64,000 nt of DNA from Candidatus Aenigmatarchaeota archaeon. Lineage in GTDB: Archaea > Aenigmatarchaeota > Aenigmatarchaeia > CG10238-14 > SCSR01. A program made the position numbers and the translations under genes. The stretch is taken from the NCBI GenBank assembly GCA_016187415.1, contig JACPJT010000007.1, positions 1,289 to 65,288 of the forward strand, given 5' to 3'. Under the pieces are notes generated by a model. That model had not been told where the DNA came from and ran no database searches. It worked only from the letters and a program-made list of their open reading frames with translations. Below are positions 1 through 8,845 of this stretch, in pieces. Numbering within the stretch: the first letter of the stretch is position 1; the number at the start of each line of letters is the position of its first letter.

Positions 1-175
1 ATTCGTATGTAATAGATGCTTCTTGAGCAGGCCTGAGAGAGTGATGACCTTCAATCGCGAGTCTTATGCAATCATCTGGAAGATGTACAATCACACCGGT
101 GTATTTTTTTCCTTTCGATACATAATATAATACATTACCGATTATTCCGGTACGTATTTCGAAATCTTCCTTCAT
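1..175 (-). CDS. hypothetical protein, N-terminal part only (runs off window edge), directly downstream of the Fic gene
   Basis: Open minus-strand frame from ATG at 175-173 with no stop to position 1 (MKEDFEIRTGIIGNVLYYVSKGKKYTGVIVHLPDD...). No recognisable motif. Confidence 0.35.
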   Translation of the reverse strand, partial: MKEDFEIRTGIIGNVLYYVSKGKKYTGVIVHLPDDCIRLAIEGHHSLRPAQEASITYE

Positions 176-317
176 AAATATGAACAGATTGAATAAACTA
201 TTTAAATCAAATGGTTGTAAAGTTGCTCGCTTGCGATAGCTAGAATAAAGTATACAGGAGATAACATCACACGTAGAAACTGGCATCCCACTGTACAGAG
301 TAATTATAAATTCTATA

Positions 318-881
318 CTATTTTTTCTGTTTTCTATATTCGTCTAGCATATGATAATAACCCAATTTGTCTTTAGAACGTACAATAACAAGATCATCTG
401 GAAAATAGTGCATCCTTACGAAGTTTAGCAATAATCTTCCTGTTCGTCCATTTCCATCCACAAAAGGATGAATAATTTCAAATCGATTGTGAAAATACCA
501 TTCCGTATCTGGCTTATATTCTCCTTTGAGAGAAGCTTCTATATCATCTTGTAGATTTTTCATTAACAATTCCACAATTTGTGGAGGTGGTGGTATATGT
601 GACCCGATTCGAACGCGATGTTTTCTATACTCGCCTATTCTTTCACCATAATCTATTAGAAATCTCTCGCTGTCAACCTCCATTAGTATTCTGTGTAACT
701 CTCTTATCGATATCCTTTTATTATTTTTAATATAGTCGAAAGCGGCTAAATGATGAACAATATACAGGCTTGTTGGATCATCATGTGTTATGTTTTCAAT
801 CCTGTTTGATTCTTTACAAAATCTTAATATGTTTTCTTGTGTTGCTGGAACTACTTCACTAAAAGAATTATAACGTGGCAT
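318..881 (-). CDS. Fic/Doc family protein (AMPylase-like)
   Basis: Canonical Fic motif HPFVDGNGRTGR in the 187-aa ORF. Confidence 0.85.
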   Translation of the reverse strand: MPRYNSFSEVVPATQENILRFCKESNRIENITHDDPTSLYIVHHLAAFDYIKNNKRISIRELHRILMEVDSERFLIDYGERIGEYRKHRVRIGSHIPPPPQIVELLMKNLQDDIEASLKGEYKPDTEWYFHNRFEIIHPFVDGNGRTGRLLLNFVRMHYFPDDLVIVRSKDKLGYYHMLDEYRKQKK

Positions 882-949
882 GATAAAACCAATTGTTATA
901 AACTATTTAAACGTTTCCTCTATATAGATTTAGATGGATGTGGTAGTGA

Positions 950-1321
950 ATGCCGAAATCGTATGTAAAGTTTGAAGTACCAAAAGAATTGAGCGACAAG
1001 ATATTGCAAGTCGTCGAAGCTGCAAAGACGAGCGGCAAGATTAGAAAAGGTACGAATGAAAGCACAAAAGCCATAGAAAAAGGCGATGGCAAACTAGTTG
1101 TTATAGCTGCTGATGTTGACCCAGAAGAAATCGTGATGCATCTTCCTCCGCTATGTGACGAAAAGAAGATACCGTATGTTTATGTGCCAAGCAAAGCAGA
1201 ACTGGGAAGATCGGCAGGACTGGATGTTCAAACTGCTGCCATATGCGTAACAGAAGCCGGCGAAGGCAAAGATTTGCTCAAAGAAGTTGTAGACAGTATC
1301 CAGAAATTGGCAACAAAGTGA
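950..1321 (+). CDS. rpl7ae: ribosomal protein L7Ae (box C/D and H/ACA K-turn binder)
   Basis: 123 aa, L7Ae/L30e pattern ([26 protein letters not shown]). First gene of the L7Ae-S28e-L24e operon. Confidence 0.9.
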   Translation: MPKSYVKFEVPKELSDKILQVVEAAKTSGKIRKGTNESTKAIEKGDGKLVVIAADVDPEEIVMHLPPLCDEKKIPYVYVPSKAELGRSAGLDVQTAAICVTEAGEGKDLLKEVVDSIQKLATK

Positions 1322-1322
1322 T

Positions 1323-1535
1323 TTGATGGTACAGGGATCTTTTCCTGCAGAAGTATTGCAATTAATGGGCAGGACTGGTGTCAAGGGTGTCATGCAAATC
1401 AGATGCCGCGTTCTTGATGGTCCTGACAAGGGAAAGATTTTAACAAGAAATGTCATCGGTCCTATAAAAGTCAAGGACGTACTTATGCTTAGAGAGACTG
1501 AAATGGAATCCTCTGGAAGAATGGAAAGTAGGTAA
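1323..1535 (+). CDS. rps28e: ribosomal protein S28e
   Basis: 70 aa, S28e signature [16 protein letters not shown]...[19 protein letters not shown]. Confidence 0.9.
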   Translation: MMVQGSFPAEVLQLMGRTGVKGVMQIRCRVLDGPDKGKILTRNVIGPIKVKDVLMLRETEMESSGRMESR

Positions 1536-1539
1536 TTCG

Positions 1540-1722
1540 ATGAAGTGCTCTTTTTGCGGTTCTAATATCACCAGAGGCACTGGGAAAATGTTTGTCAGAA
1601 ATACCGGCGAGATATTCTACTGGTGTTCTTCAAAATGCGAAAAGAATTTTAGGATGGGAAGAGAGAGGAAGAAACTAAGATGGATAAAAAGAGAGAAGAA
1701 AAGAACCGTTAAGAAAGAATAA
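1540..1722 (+). CDS. rpl24e: ribosomal protein L24e
   Basis: 60 aa, L24e zinc-binding N-terminus [10 protein letters not shown]...[11 protein letters not shown] and basic tail. Confidence 0.9.
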   Translation: MKCSFCGSNITRGTGKMFVRNTGEIFYWCSSKCEKNFRMGRERKKLRWIKREKKRTVKKE

Positions 1723-1742
1723 ACTAATTATTATATTATAAT

Positions 1743-1831
1743 GGGCTGGTAGGTCAGTCCGGTAGACCGCGAGCATGGCATAGATACATCACCGAAGCTT
1801 GAAGCCGAGGGTTCAAATCCCTCCCAGTCCA
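1743..1831 (+). tRNA. tRNA-Ala (anticodon GGC) with ~15-nt intron at canonical 37/38 position
   Basis: Acceptor GGGCTGG/CCAGTCC with G3:U70 Ala identity pair. D-arm GGTC..GACC, anticodon stem CGAGC/GCTTG, T-arm GAGGG-TTCAAAT-CCCTC, discriminator A. The 22-nt region between anticodon stem halves implies an intron. Confidence 0.7.
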
Positions 1832-1879
1832 TAAACTTAAAAATATTGTTGTATAAAACTATTCTGGGTTGATTGGCGA

Positions 1880-2233
1880 TTGTACGTAAATGGTTTGTAT
1901 ACTCGTGCCTATGAGTTATGGAATTCTCATAAAGGTTCTTCTGTTAGTATTGAGAGGCATATGAAAACTGGTGAGACATATAAAGTGGTGATTTTTTCTC
2001 AGGAATCCAAACCGGTGGTACGCATTACTGTCATTCGTGGTGATCGAAATATTCAAACGGTATATTCAATAATTCCGTATCAAGAACGTGTACAGAAAAG
2101 ATTCTTTTTCACGGGTAAAGAACTTACTAATGGCGATGGTAAAAAACGCTACGATAATAATGGTAGAAGTGAATGGGAGGAAGCGACTGATGATGAATTA
2201 ACACACTTGAATGGTATAATAAAACTTTTCTAA
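1880..2233 (+). CDS. hypothetical protein (117 aa), tRNA-adjacent
   Basis: ORF only; no recognisable motif. Confidence 0.4.
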   Translation: MYVNGLYTRAYELWNSHKGSSVSIERHMKTGETYKVVIFSQESKPVVRITVIRGDRNIQTVYSIIPYQERVQKRFFFTGKELTNGDGKKRYDNNGRSEWEEATDDELTHLNGIIKLF

Positions 2234-2237
2234 CAAC

Positions 2238-2540
2238 TCAAGAAATTGATATTTTGCCTTCGTCTATTTCTTTAATAACTTCTCTCGGCTTCTTCCCTTC
2301 AACCAATACCCCGTTCATGCTGTTTAACGTACCAAGAACAATTTTAACCGCGCCTTTCAAATCTTTCCCTGAAAGTTTGTCCATTCGTTGCTTTGCAACT
2401 GAAATAACTTTGTCCATCTTCACGTCTGCGATTGACACGACGCCTTTCGCCTTGTCCTCTTCTGTTATTTTCGCGGTATCGATCTTCATTTCTTTCTTGA
2501 TTAATTTCACTGTCTCGCTTCTTGGTTCCTTCTTAGCCAT
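2238..2540 (-). CDS. hypothetical Lys/Glu-rich small protein (100 aa), possibly nucleic-acid binding. It sits where rpl11 normally follows spt5
   Basis: ORF with charged low-complexity N-terminus. It lacks the L11 PPxGPxLG motif, so it is not L11. Confidence 0.4.
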   Translation of the reverse strand: MAKKEPRSETVKLIKKEMKIDTAKITEEDKAKGVVSIADVKMDKVISVAKQRMDKLSGKDLKGAVKIVLGTLNSMNGVLVEGKKPREVIKEIDEGKISIS

Positions 2541-2544
2541 ATAA

Positions 2545-2982
2545 TCACTTTGCCTTGTCTGTAACTCTTATGAATTCAACTGAAACCGTTATAGGGATTG
2601 GTACCGGCGTCTCAGTTGGTTCCATTGTTACTTCCCTTTTTATTTTGTCCCATCTTGTTACCTTGCCTTTCTCGCCTTTGAATGGGCCGCCAATAATTTC
2701 TATTGTATCGCCTATGCTGATTTCGACTTCAACTTTTCTTGGTTGCAGAAATCTTTCTATTGATTTTATGTCGACTTCCTTTTTTATGAATCCGCGCGAA
2801 TGCGGAATTGACTTGGACACCTTCTCAATATCGTCAACATTGCCCTCTACAAAAACATAACCCTTGATTTCCTCGGGATGGACTATGGACTTTATGTCAA
2901 GCCCGTCTGTTTTTGCCTTCGATGCTATGGCATCGAGCACAACATTCTCTCTTCCGACAACCGTCTTTATTGTGTATATCAT
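2545..2982 (-). CDS. spt5: transcription elongation factor Spt5 (NusG homolog)
   Basis: 145 aa, NGN domain N-terminus plus KOW motif GDTIEIIGGPFKGEKGKV. Position downstream of secE. Confidence 0.85.
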   Translation of the reverse strand: MIYTIKTVVGRENVVLDAIASKAKTDGLDIKSIVHPEEIKGYVFVEGNVDDIEKVSKSIPHSRGFIKKEVDIKSIERFLQPRKVEVEISIGDTIEIIGGPFKGEKGKVTRWDKIKREVTMEPTETPVPIPITVSVEFIRVTDKAK

Positions 2983-2983
2983 C

Positions 2984-3154
2984 TTAGAGCACCCCTATGA
3001 AAACAGATGCAAGGTAAAATACAAACCCTATCACTCCGATGACGCCTATGCCCAATCCGCATATCCTTACCGTGTCTCTGAATTCTTCTGCGTCCGCCTT
3101 CTTGGCAATAGACAAAATGCGCACATAGTTTTGTAGTGTTTCTTTTAGACCCAT
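2984..3154 (-). CDS. secE: protein translocase subunit SecE/Sec61-gamma (56 aa; below the ORF-track length cutoff)
   Basis: Hand translation of minus strand: MGLKETLQNYVRILSIAKKADAEEFRDTVRICGLGIGVIGVIGFVFYLASVFIGVL. This is the archaeal SecE pattern with a C-terminal TM helix. Its stop overlaps the spt5 start, and the ftsZ-secE-nusG order is conserved. Confidence 0.75.
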   Translation of the reverse strand: MGLKETLQNYVRILSIAKKADAEEFRDTVRICGLGIGVIGVIGFVFYLASVFIGVL

Positions 3155-3163
3155 AAAATCACT

Positions 3164-4258
3164 CTATTCAACATAGTCAACGCCAAGAATCTTCTCAATA
3201 TCCTTCTTGCGCTGCTTATCAAATGGTCTATCAGAATTAAATATCTGTGGTGACTTGACTCCGGTTATGACCAGCATCGTTTTTATTGTGTCGCCCAGCG
3301 ACTTGTCGACTTGGACGCCCCAAATAATCTTCGCCTCTGCCGACAGTTTTGATGATATGGTATCCGCAATTTGTTGCGCATCCCTTATTGTTATTTCAGG
3401 TCCACCTATGACATTAATCAGTGCGCCGTTAGCACCGTTGATATCTATGGTTAACAATGGGTTGTTTAATGCTCTTTCAACAGATTCGAACGCTTTATTT
3501 TCAGAATTGCTTTCGCCCATACCAATCATTGCCAGGCCGCCTTCTTTCATAATTGTCCTTACATCCGCGAAATCAAGATTGACAAGACCTGGTTTCGTAA
3601 CAAGTTCTGTAAGACCCTTGACAGCGTTGACCAAGATATCGTCTGCGACTTTGAATGCTGTTGTGATACTCACATCCGGGACTATCTCCAAAAGCCTTTC
3701 GTTTGGAATGACTATCAGCGTGTCCACGGCCGTTTCTAAGCTTCTCAAGCCTTCTTTGGCGTTGTTCATTCGGACACGACCTTCCATTGAGAATGGAAGT
3801 GTGACAACTGCTATAGTCAACGCGCCCATTTTCTTTGCAATATCAGCAACGATAGGCGCACTGCCAGTTCCTGTTCCACCGCCAAGGCCCGCTGTGATGA
3901 ATACCATGTCTGCACCCTGCAAAAGTTTCTTGATTTCCTCTTTGCTCTCTTTTGCAGCTTCCATTCCGATACTGGGATTGGCGCCGGCTCCAAGACCTTG
4001 TGTCAGTTCTTTTCCTATAACAAGCTTCTTATCAGCTTCTGTATACAGCAAATCCATTGCGTCTGTGTTGAGTGCTATCGTCTCCGCGCCCGTGATGCCG
4101 ACCTGCACCAATCTCGTTACAGTGTTGCCTCCTCCTCCGCCACAGCCGACAACCTTGATCTGAGTTTTTCTGGCTTCCATCAAAGATCTTATTTCGTTGT
4201 CGAATTCGCTGGATTTTTCTATTCTTATTGTCCTTTCAGACAGTTGCTTTATTCCCAT
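3164..4258 (-). CDS. ftsZ: cell division GTPase FtsZ
   Basis: 364 aa, tubulin signature GGGTGTGSAPIVA and the GCGGGGGN nucleotide-binding loop. Confidence 0.95.
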   Translation of the reverse strand: MGIKQLSERTIRIEKSSEFDNEIRSLMEARKTQIKVVGCGGGGGNTVTRLVQVGITGAETIALNTDAMDLLYTEADKKLVIGKELTQGLGAGANPSIGMEAAKESKEEIKKLLQGADMVFITAGLGGGTGTGSAPIVADIAKKMGALTIAVVTLPFSMEGRVRMNNAKEGLRSLETAVDTLIVIPNERLLEIVPDVSITTAFKVADDILVNAVKGLTELVTKPGLVNLDFADVRTIMKEGGLAMIGMGESNSENKAFESVERALNNPLLTIDINGANGALINVIGGPEITIRDAQQIADTISSKLSAEAKIIWGVQVDKSLGDTIKTMLVITGVKSPQIFNSDRPFDKQRKKDIEKILGVDYVE

Positions 4259-4298
4259 AGAAATCTTATATTAATTTCATAAAGCTAAAGATAAATGC

Positions 4299-4967
4299 TT
4301 AATTTTTCTTTTCGAACACGTCTACAAAACTTACCTTGCTGATCCCGTCGACCCATTTCATTATGGTATCTGAGATGTTTTCTTTTAGCTGCCTTGTCAA
4401 ACCGAATTTTTTGATCATTATTGCTGTCTCGGCGCTGTTGACTGTGACCTCGGAGTCTTCGTATTTTATCCCTGTGAAGTATCTTACGATAGCTTTCACC
4501 TTTTCGCCCGTCTCTGTCACTTCGCCTTTGACTTCGATCTCGTACTGTATGTCTTTTCCTGCAAGCGGATGATTAAAGTCCACTTTCACCCGTCCGCCAT
4601 CGACACTGAGTATCTTTCCCTTGAGGCCGTTGAAGTCCACAATCCTGTCAATTGCCGGTTCAAGGTTGTTCTCTTTGAAAACTGACATCGGAATTATCTT
4701 GACCAGTTCCGCGTTCTTTTCGCCGAACGCCTTTTCAGAAGCCAAATCAATCTTTTTGCTGTCGCCCACATTCATTTCTTTCACGGCATCCTCCATCCCC
4801 GGAAGTATCTGGTTCGCGCCTATGATTATGGGCACCGGACCGTAGTTTGTCTTCGGGCTGTGGATACCCGCAAGCTTTGCCGTCTCCTCATTGGTGGTAT
4901 CGAAAATATCTCCCGTGTCCTTGATTCTTCCGGTAAATTCTATGTTGACTATATCGCCCTGTTTCAT
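4299..4967 (-). CDS. FKBP-type peptidyl-prolyl cis-trans isomerase (long archaeal SlyD-like type)
   Basis: 222 aa, FKBP core (GDIVNIEFTGR...PVPIIIGANQILPGMEDAV) followed by insert-in-flap/C-terminal domain. Confidence 0.8.
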   Translation of the reverse strand: MKQGDIVNIEFTGRIKDTGDIFDTTNEETAKLAGIHSPKTNYGPVPIIIGANQILPGMEDAVKEMNVGDSKKIDLASEKAFGEKNAELVKIIPMSVFKENNLEPAIDRIVDFNGLKGKILSVDGGRVKVDFNHPLAGKDIQYEIEVKGEVTETGEKVKAIVRYFTGIKYEDSEVTVNSAETAIMIKKFGLTRQLKENISDTIMKWVDGISKVSFVDVFEKKN

Positions 4968-5041
4968 TCTTTCTCTTTTGTGGAGAAGATTTAAGAAGTT
5001 TTCTGAAACTGGGTCAAGGATTTAAGCATTAACTCTAATCT

Positions 5042-5398
5042 GTGATTATGGAACTTATTAAAAAGAAAGCAGACTGGAAAGACAATCTCAACGACGAAGA
5101 CAAACCAGTAATGAACCAAATTATTGATTCTACAAAAAAACACAGGTATGCATACACATCAGCAGATGACCCGAAGATTGCACAATTGTGGACTGCGATA
5201 ATCGAATTGAAGAAAGAAATGAACAAGACTCAAGATATGTTAGGGAAACTGAAAGAACCTTGGAGCGCTATCGTTTCTGTCGGCGAGGAAGAGAAAAGAA
5301 GGACCGTTGAAAAATTGGTGCAGGAGATTATCAAGCCTGTTGACGAAACAACACAGGAAGCCACGCAGAAATTGGTTGAAAGCTTGATGAAATTCTAA
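5042..5398 (+). CDS. hypothetical charged/coiled-coil protein (118 aa)
   Basis: ORF only. Confidence 0.4.
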   Translation: MIMELIKKKADWKDNLNDEDKPVMNQIIDSTKKHRYAYTSADDPKIAQLWTAIIELKKEMNKTQDMLGKLKEPWSAIVSVGEEEKRRTVEKLVQEIIKPVDETTQEATQKLVESLMKF

Positions 5399-5409
5399 TT
5401 AAATTTAAT

Positions 5410-6072
5410 TCATATACGACTAATCTTAACAACCTCAAAGGCTTCTACATATTTCCCAACACCAGTAGCGCCGCCACGATACCTGTTCAGCCCTTCAACC
5501 CATTCGTCATATCTTATGTCTCTAATTTGTGATTTATGTTGCCTCAATGCTTCGAGTTTCTTATCCATAAACTGAGTTATATCTTCACTATAATGGACAG
5601 CAGGCAACGGCGCCCATATTTCATATGCTAATACTGTATCAGTCCTCCATGGTTTTCCTTTTGTTTCCTGAAACCATGGTCCGGCTGCCCGAAAAACAGC
5701 TTGCGTTACTAATTGATTTGTAATTCTATGATCTGCATGCGTATCATTACTGGAGTGAGTATAGATGGTGTTGGGTTGTTTTTGTCGAATCAAATTAATT
5801 AATCTTACTAGATTATCTTGGCTATACTGCAAATAACCGTCTGGATTCCGCAAAAATACCAAATCTTTTATCTTTAAGACGTCAGATGCTTTTCTTGCTT
5901 CTTCTTCACGTATTTTTGCCAATTTTTCTTTGGAATAAGTTAAGCTCCCTGCGCCCCCCGATGTCATATAAACAACAGTTATTGAACTGCCATTTGCATA
6001 TTTTGCTAAACTACCGCCGCATCCGATTACGTCATCGTCAGGATGCGCAGCAAATACCATTATGTTTCTCAT
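5410..6072 (-). CDS. PIG-L/LmbE family N-acetylglucosaminyl deacetylase
   Basis: 220 aa, N-terminal AHPDDDVIGCGG motif and HxDH pattern typical of LmbE-like zinc deacetylases. Confidence 0.8.
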   Translation of the reverse strand: MRNIMVFAAHPDDDVIGCGGSLAKYANGSSITVVYMTSGGAGSLTYSKEKLAKIREEEARKASDVLKIKDLVFLRNPDGYLQYSQDNLVRLINLIRQKQPNTIYTHSSNDTHADHRITNQLVTQAVFRAAGPWFQETKGKPWRTDTVLAYEIWAPLPAVHYSEDITQFMDKKLEALRQHKSQIRDIRYDEWVEGLNRYRGGATGVGKYVEAFEVVKISRI

Positions 6073-6136
6073 AGAAAATAAGAAGCGAGATAGATTTTAA
6101 TAACTATATCTCAAATCAATTTCGAATAAAATCGGA

Positions 6137-6261
6137 TGCAGGGGGAGAGATTTGAACTCTCGAAGGGACTAACCCAGCGGATTTCTTATATCATCTTTTG
6201 TTCAAAACTTAAGCTGCATAACTTAAGTCCGCCGCAATTGGCCAGACTATGCGACCCCTGC
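6137..6261 (-). tRNA. tRNA-Leu (anticodon UAA), type II with long variable arm and ~39-nt intron
   Basis: Minus-strand acceptor GCAGGGG/CCCCTGC plus discriminator A, T-arm GAGAG-TTCAAAT-CTCTC, anticodon stem GCGGA/TCCGC, loop C-U-UAA-G then intron, and a 15-nt variable arm. Confidence 0.65.
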
Positions 6262-6288
6262 GTAATTCATTTATGACAGTTCTGTATT

Positions 6289-6849
6289 TTAACCTTTCGT
6301 AACAAAACTCAAAACAGGCAGCAATATATAAAAGACCGCCATGAATGTCCTGATCAGAATCTTCCTTGCATTGACTGGCATCCTGCTCGGCTTGTACAAT
6401 ATCCACGGCACATTCAGCCTGTCAGACATGAACAGCGCGTAAAGAAGAAGGAGCGTTATTGAATACATGACTTCATTTAGCATAGGAACGATGGAAAACA
6501 GGAGCCACACGCCGACTACCGACATTAGCGTATGATGGATCCACACCAAGAATAAGTTCCAGAACTTGAACAGGAATTTCTTATTTTCAACCGAATACGC
6601 CAGATACAAGACCATCAGACCCAGACTGGAAACAATAAACAGGCCTCCTGCGACAAGCTTCAGAATATTCGAACCGAAACCGAGAATGGAAAATAAGGAA
6701 GCCAGCCCGCTTAACAGCACGGCGTGCCCGCTAAACGCATACGCCCACCATACTTTCGATTTGACATATTTCTTATACGGAACGAATGCGAAAAGCAGAG
6801 AAATTAATGAAAATATTAGGACTGCCACGTCCACATTGCCAAGTATCAT
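6289..6849 (-). CDS. hypothetical polytopic membrane protein (186 aa, ~6 TM)
   Basis: Hydrophobic helices throughout; no motif. Confidence 0.5.
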   Translation of the reverse strand: MILGNVDVAVLIFSLISLLFAFVPYKKYVKSKVWWAYAFSGHAVLLSGLASLFSILGFGSNILKLVAGGLFIVSSLGLMVLYLAYSVENKKFLFKFWNLFLVWIHHTLMSVVGVWLLFSIVPMLNEVMYSITLLLLYALFMSDRLNVPWILYKPSRMPVNARKILIRTFMAVFYILLPVLSFVTKG

Positions 6850-6867
6850 ATAAGATTATTTGATTTC

Positions 6868-7562
6868 CTATTTTAATTTCTTTAAAGCCCTGTCGAATTC
6901 CTTTACTTTTTCCTCTAGAATGGTTGCTGAATCCAGAATCACGTCTTCGGTGGCCAGACCTGAAGCCGTTTCGACATTGAAAATGTAACTGTCGTCTATG
7001 GCCTTGAACTCCGAACTTTCTTCATTTAGAAATTTGCACATCAAACAATCCATGGGCTGCGACTTGACGCTCTTTACATCCCTGACATTGTAAAAATGGT
7101 TGCCGCATAATTTTGCTTCGCTGATCCTTGATTTGTGCTCAAACTGGTTTATGTAGCCCACTACAGCGCCCTGCCATTTTGAATGTTCCTTGCCCAACCC
7201 CAACACGGCTATGGCCTCGAATTCCAATTCCTGAGCATCTCGCCGGAATAAACCATAGCTGGTCCCTTCTTTTTCAAAATTAATTTGACTTGGCACAGGC
7301 TGCATCCCTTGCCTTCGCACTTGCAGTCTTTCGTCATGTTGTAAGCCCTTTTGTCAAACTTCAGCGGCACATGACCCATCCTGTTGGCAAGTATCTCATC
7401 GTTCAAAACAGAACCGTTCTTTACATAATCAACCCACTCTATCGCCATTGTTGGTATCTCTCCCATCATTATCCTTCTGAGCTCGTTGGCGAACTGGGGC
7501 TTTATGCCCTCGACTAGAAATTTAACGCTGGAATCCGTTTTGCTGAGTATCTGAATTTTCAT
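6868..7562 (-). CDS. rpoD: DNA-directed RNA polymerase subunit D (Rpo3/Rpb3 homolog) interrupted by a frameshift between N- and C-terminal halves
   Basis: ORF 7209..7562 is the Rpb3 N-terminal dimerisation domain plus 4-Cys cluster (DCKCEGKGCSLCQ). ORF 6868..7320 in another frame carries the conserved C-terminal GLGKEHSKW motif. The two frames overlap over 7209-7320 with an A5 run at 7270-7274. Confidence 0.8.
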
Positions 7563-7682
7563 TTAACCACAATTCACAGTAGACAATTTTGTTTTTGAAC
7601 CAATTTAAACTTTTGCTATTTTACGGCTTTGCACCTTAAATGGATTCTGCGCCCTAAAATCGTTTTCTGGGATTGACATCTA

Positions 7683-8417
7683 TCATCTTAAATTCACAAG
7701 CTGGCTAGCGAACGGCCAAGCAAGTATTTCACGGGATCTGACTACAAAATCAACAAGCATGTGCTGACTTAATTGCCTGTACAAATTTCTAACCTGTTTT
7801 TCTTTCAGACCTTCGTTCTTCTCCATTCTTTCGACTTCGCTCCTCACCCATTTTGGATCAGGATTTTCTGGTCTGGTGAATCTGTATATCGTGTTCACTG
7901 CTTTGGCATCGGAATTTATCATGCCGTTTGCTTGGACATACAATTGCGTCTGCCACAATGTTTCTCCACGTCTGGCGACTTCAGGTTGCACAAAATAATC
8001 GATTCCATGTATTTTTAGGCGACTTTTGCCTTCAACGACGCTACCCAGCAACGAACCCCAATAAGGGTTCGAATCCCAGGGCCCGGCGACCGAAAGCATG
8101 ACCATCATCCTATAGGCCTTGAAGTTCCACCTGAGAGCCCTCAAACCTTCCGCGTCTTCTGGATTAGTATTTCTATTAACGTATGTATTGGGATCCACGT
8201 TCAATAATTGCCGCATCTGTGGAGTTGTAGTGAATCCCCTTGCCACCCAGTCTATGTCTCTCAACGGACCTTTTACTCCCTTCAAATCAATTTGTGGATT
8301 GTCTGCTGTTCCTGCAACCCTGTAATCGACAATATATAATGGGTCGGGCGATGGGTTGTCTAATATGGGAAGCTTCAGTCCTGTTATTCTTGGCGAGTAT
8401 ACTTGCAACGATGCCAT
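7683..8417 (-). CDS. hypothetical protein (244 aa), GC-elevated, inserted inside the conserved r-protein/rpoD operon
   Basis: ORF with no recognisable motif. Composition differs from neighbours. Confidence 0.45.
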   Translation of the reverse strand: MASLQVYSPRITGLKLPILDNPSPDPLYIVDYRVAGTADNPQIDLKGVKGPLRDIDWVARGFTTTPQMRQLLNVDPNTYVNRNTNPEDAEGLRALRWNFKAYRMMVMLSVAGPWDSNPYWGSLLGSVVEGKSRLKIHGIDYFVQPEVARRGETLWQTQLYVQANGMINSDAKAVNTIYRFTRPENPDPKWVRSEVERMEKNEGLKEKQVRNLYRQLSQHMLVDFVVRSREILAWPFASQLVNLR

Positions 8418-8515
8418 AATTAATTAGTAAATAGTAAAGGATTTAAGTTTTGATGACTTTGCAAAGTTCATCCAATACTTGCAGATAAAAGTTATTTTAG
8501 GTGCAAGGCTCTGTT

Positions 8516-8725
8516 TTACTTGAGCAACCTGAGGAAACCGACCACATCTTTCGTTTTACCTATGTTTTTAATTTGGATGAGATAGGATGAAAGGATTATC
8601 AAAGATAATAGTGCCGTAGCCAACGAAAACGCTCTGATCGAGCTGTTTCCGGTAAGTTCGTATGCTACCGCTGAAACGAAACTTATCAATAACCCCATCT
8701 TACCAATATTCTTGTACATTTTCAC
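8516..8725 (-). CDS. hypothetical small membrane protein (69 aa, 2 TM)
   Basis: Two hydrophobic helices. Confidence 0.35.
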   Translation of the reverse strand: MKMYKNIGKMGLLISFVSAVAYELTGNSSIRAFSLATALLSLIILSSYLIQIKNIGKTKDVVGFLRLLK

Positions 8726-8845
8726 CGATCACACCAGCTTAGAACTAGGACTAAGGAGGATATAAAGGTTGCTGTTTTCAAAAAAATGACAATAATTTTA
8801 AAGGCGAAATAACTCTGATTTTTAGTAAAAAAGACTCTAAATGGC

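Noticed and set aside
3207-4163. 318-aa plus-strand ORF inside ftsZ, and similar long antisense ORFs (2254..2544, 2555..2860, 8841..9203, 8891..9262, 9394..9726, 9991..10434, 27621..28154, 36954..37553)
   Set aside because: They lie antisense to strongly supported conserved genes (ftsZ, spt5, rps11, rps4, rps13, hel308, polB). Their products are low complexity with Ser/Pro/Thr-rich composition and no motifs. They are shadow ORFs.
6209-6406. 65-aa minus-strand ORF overlapping the tRNA-Leu gene
   Set aside because: It overlaps a confidently folded tRNA and the start of the adjacent membrane protein. It is spurious.
8418-8515. Possible box C/D sRNA (TGATGA at ~8450) in intergenic regions, expected given L7Ae/Nop5/fibrillarin are encoded here
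   Set aside because: No matching D box (CTGA) or C'/D' arrangement at appropriate spacing. Other intergenic regions (1832-1879, 25318-25421, 15143-15338) were scanned similarly without a convincing C/D architecture.
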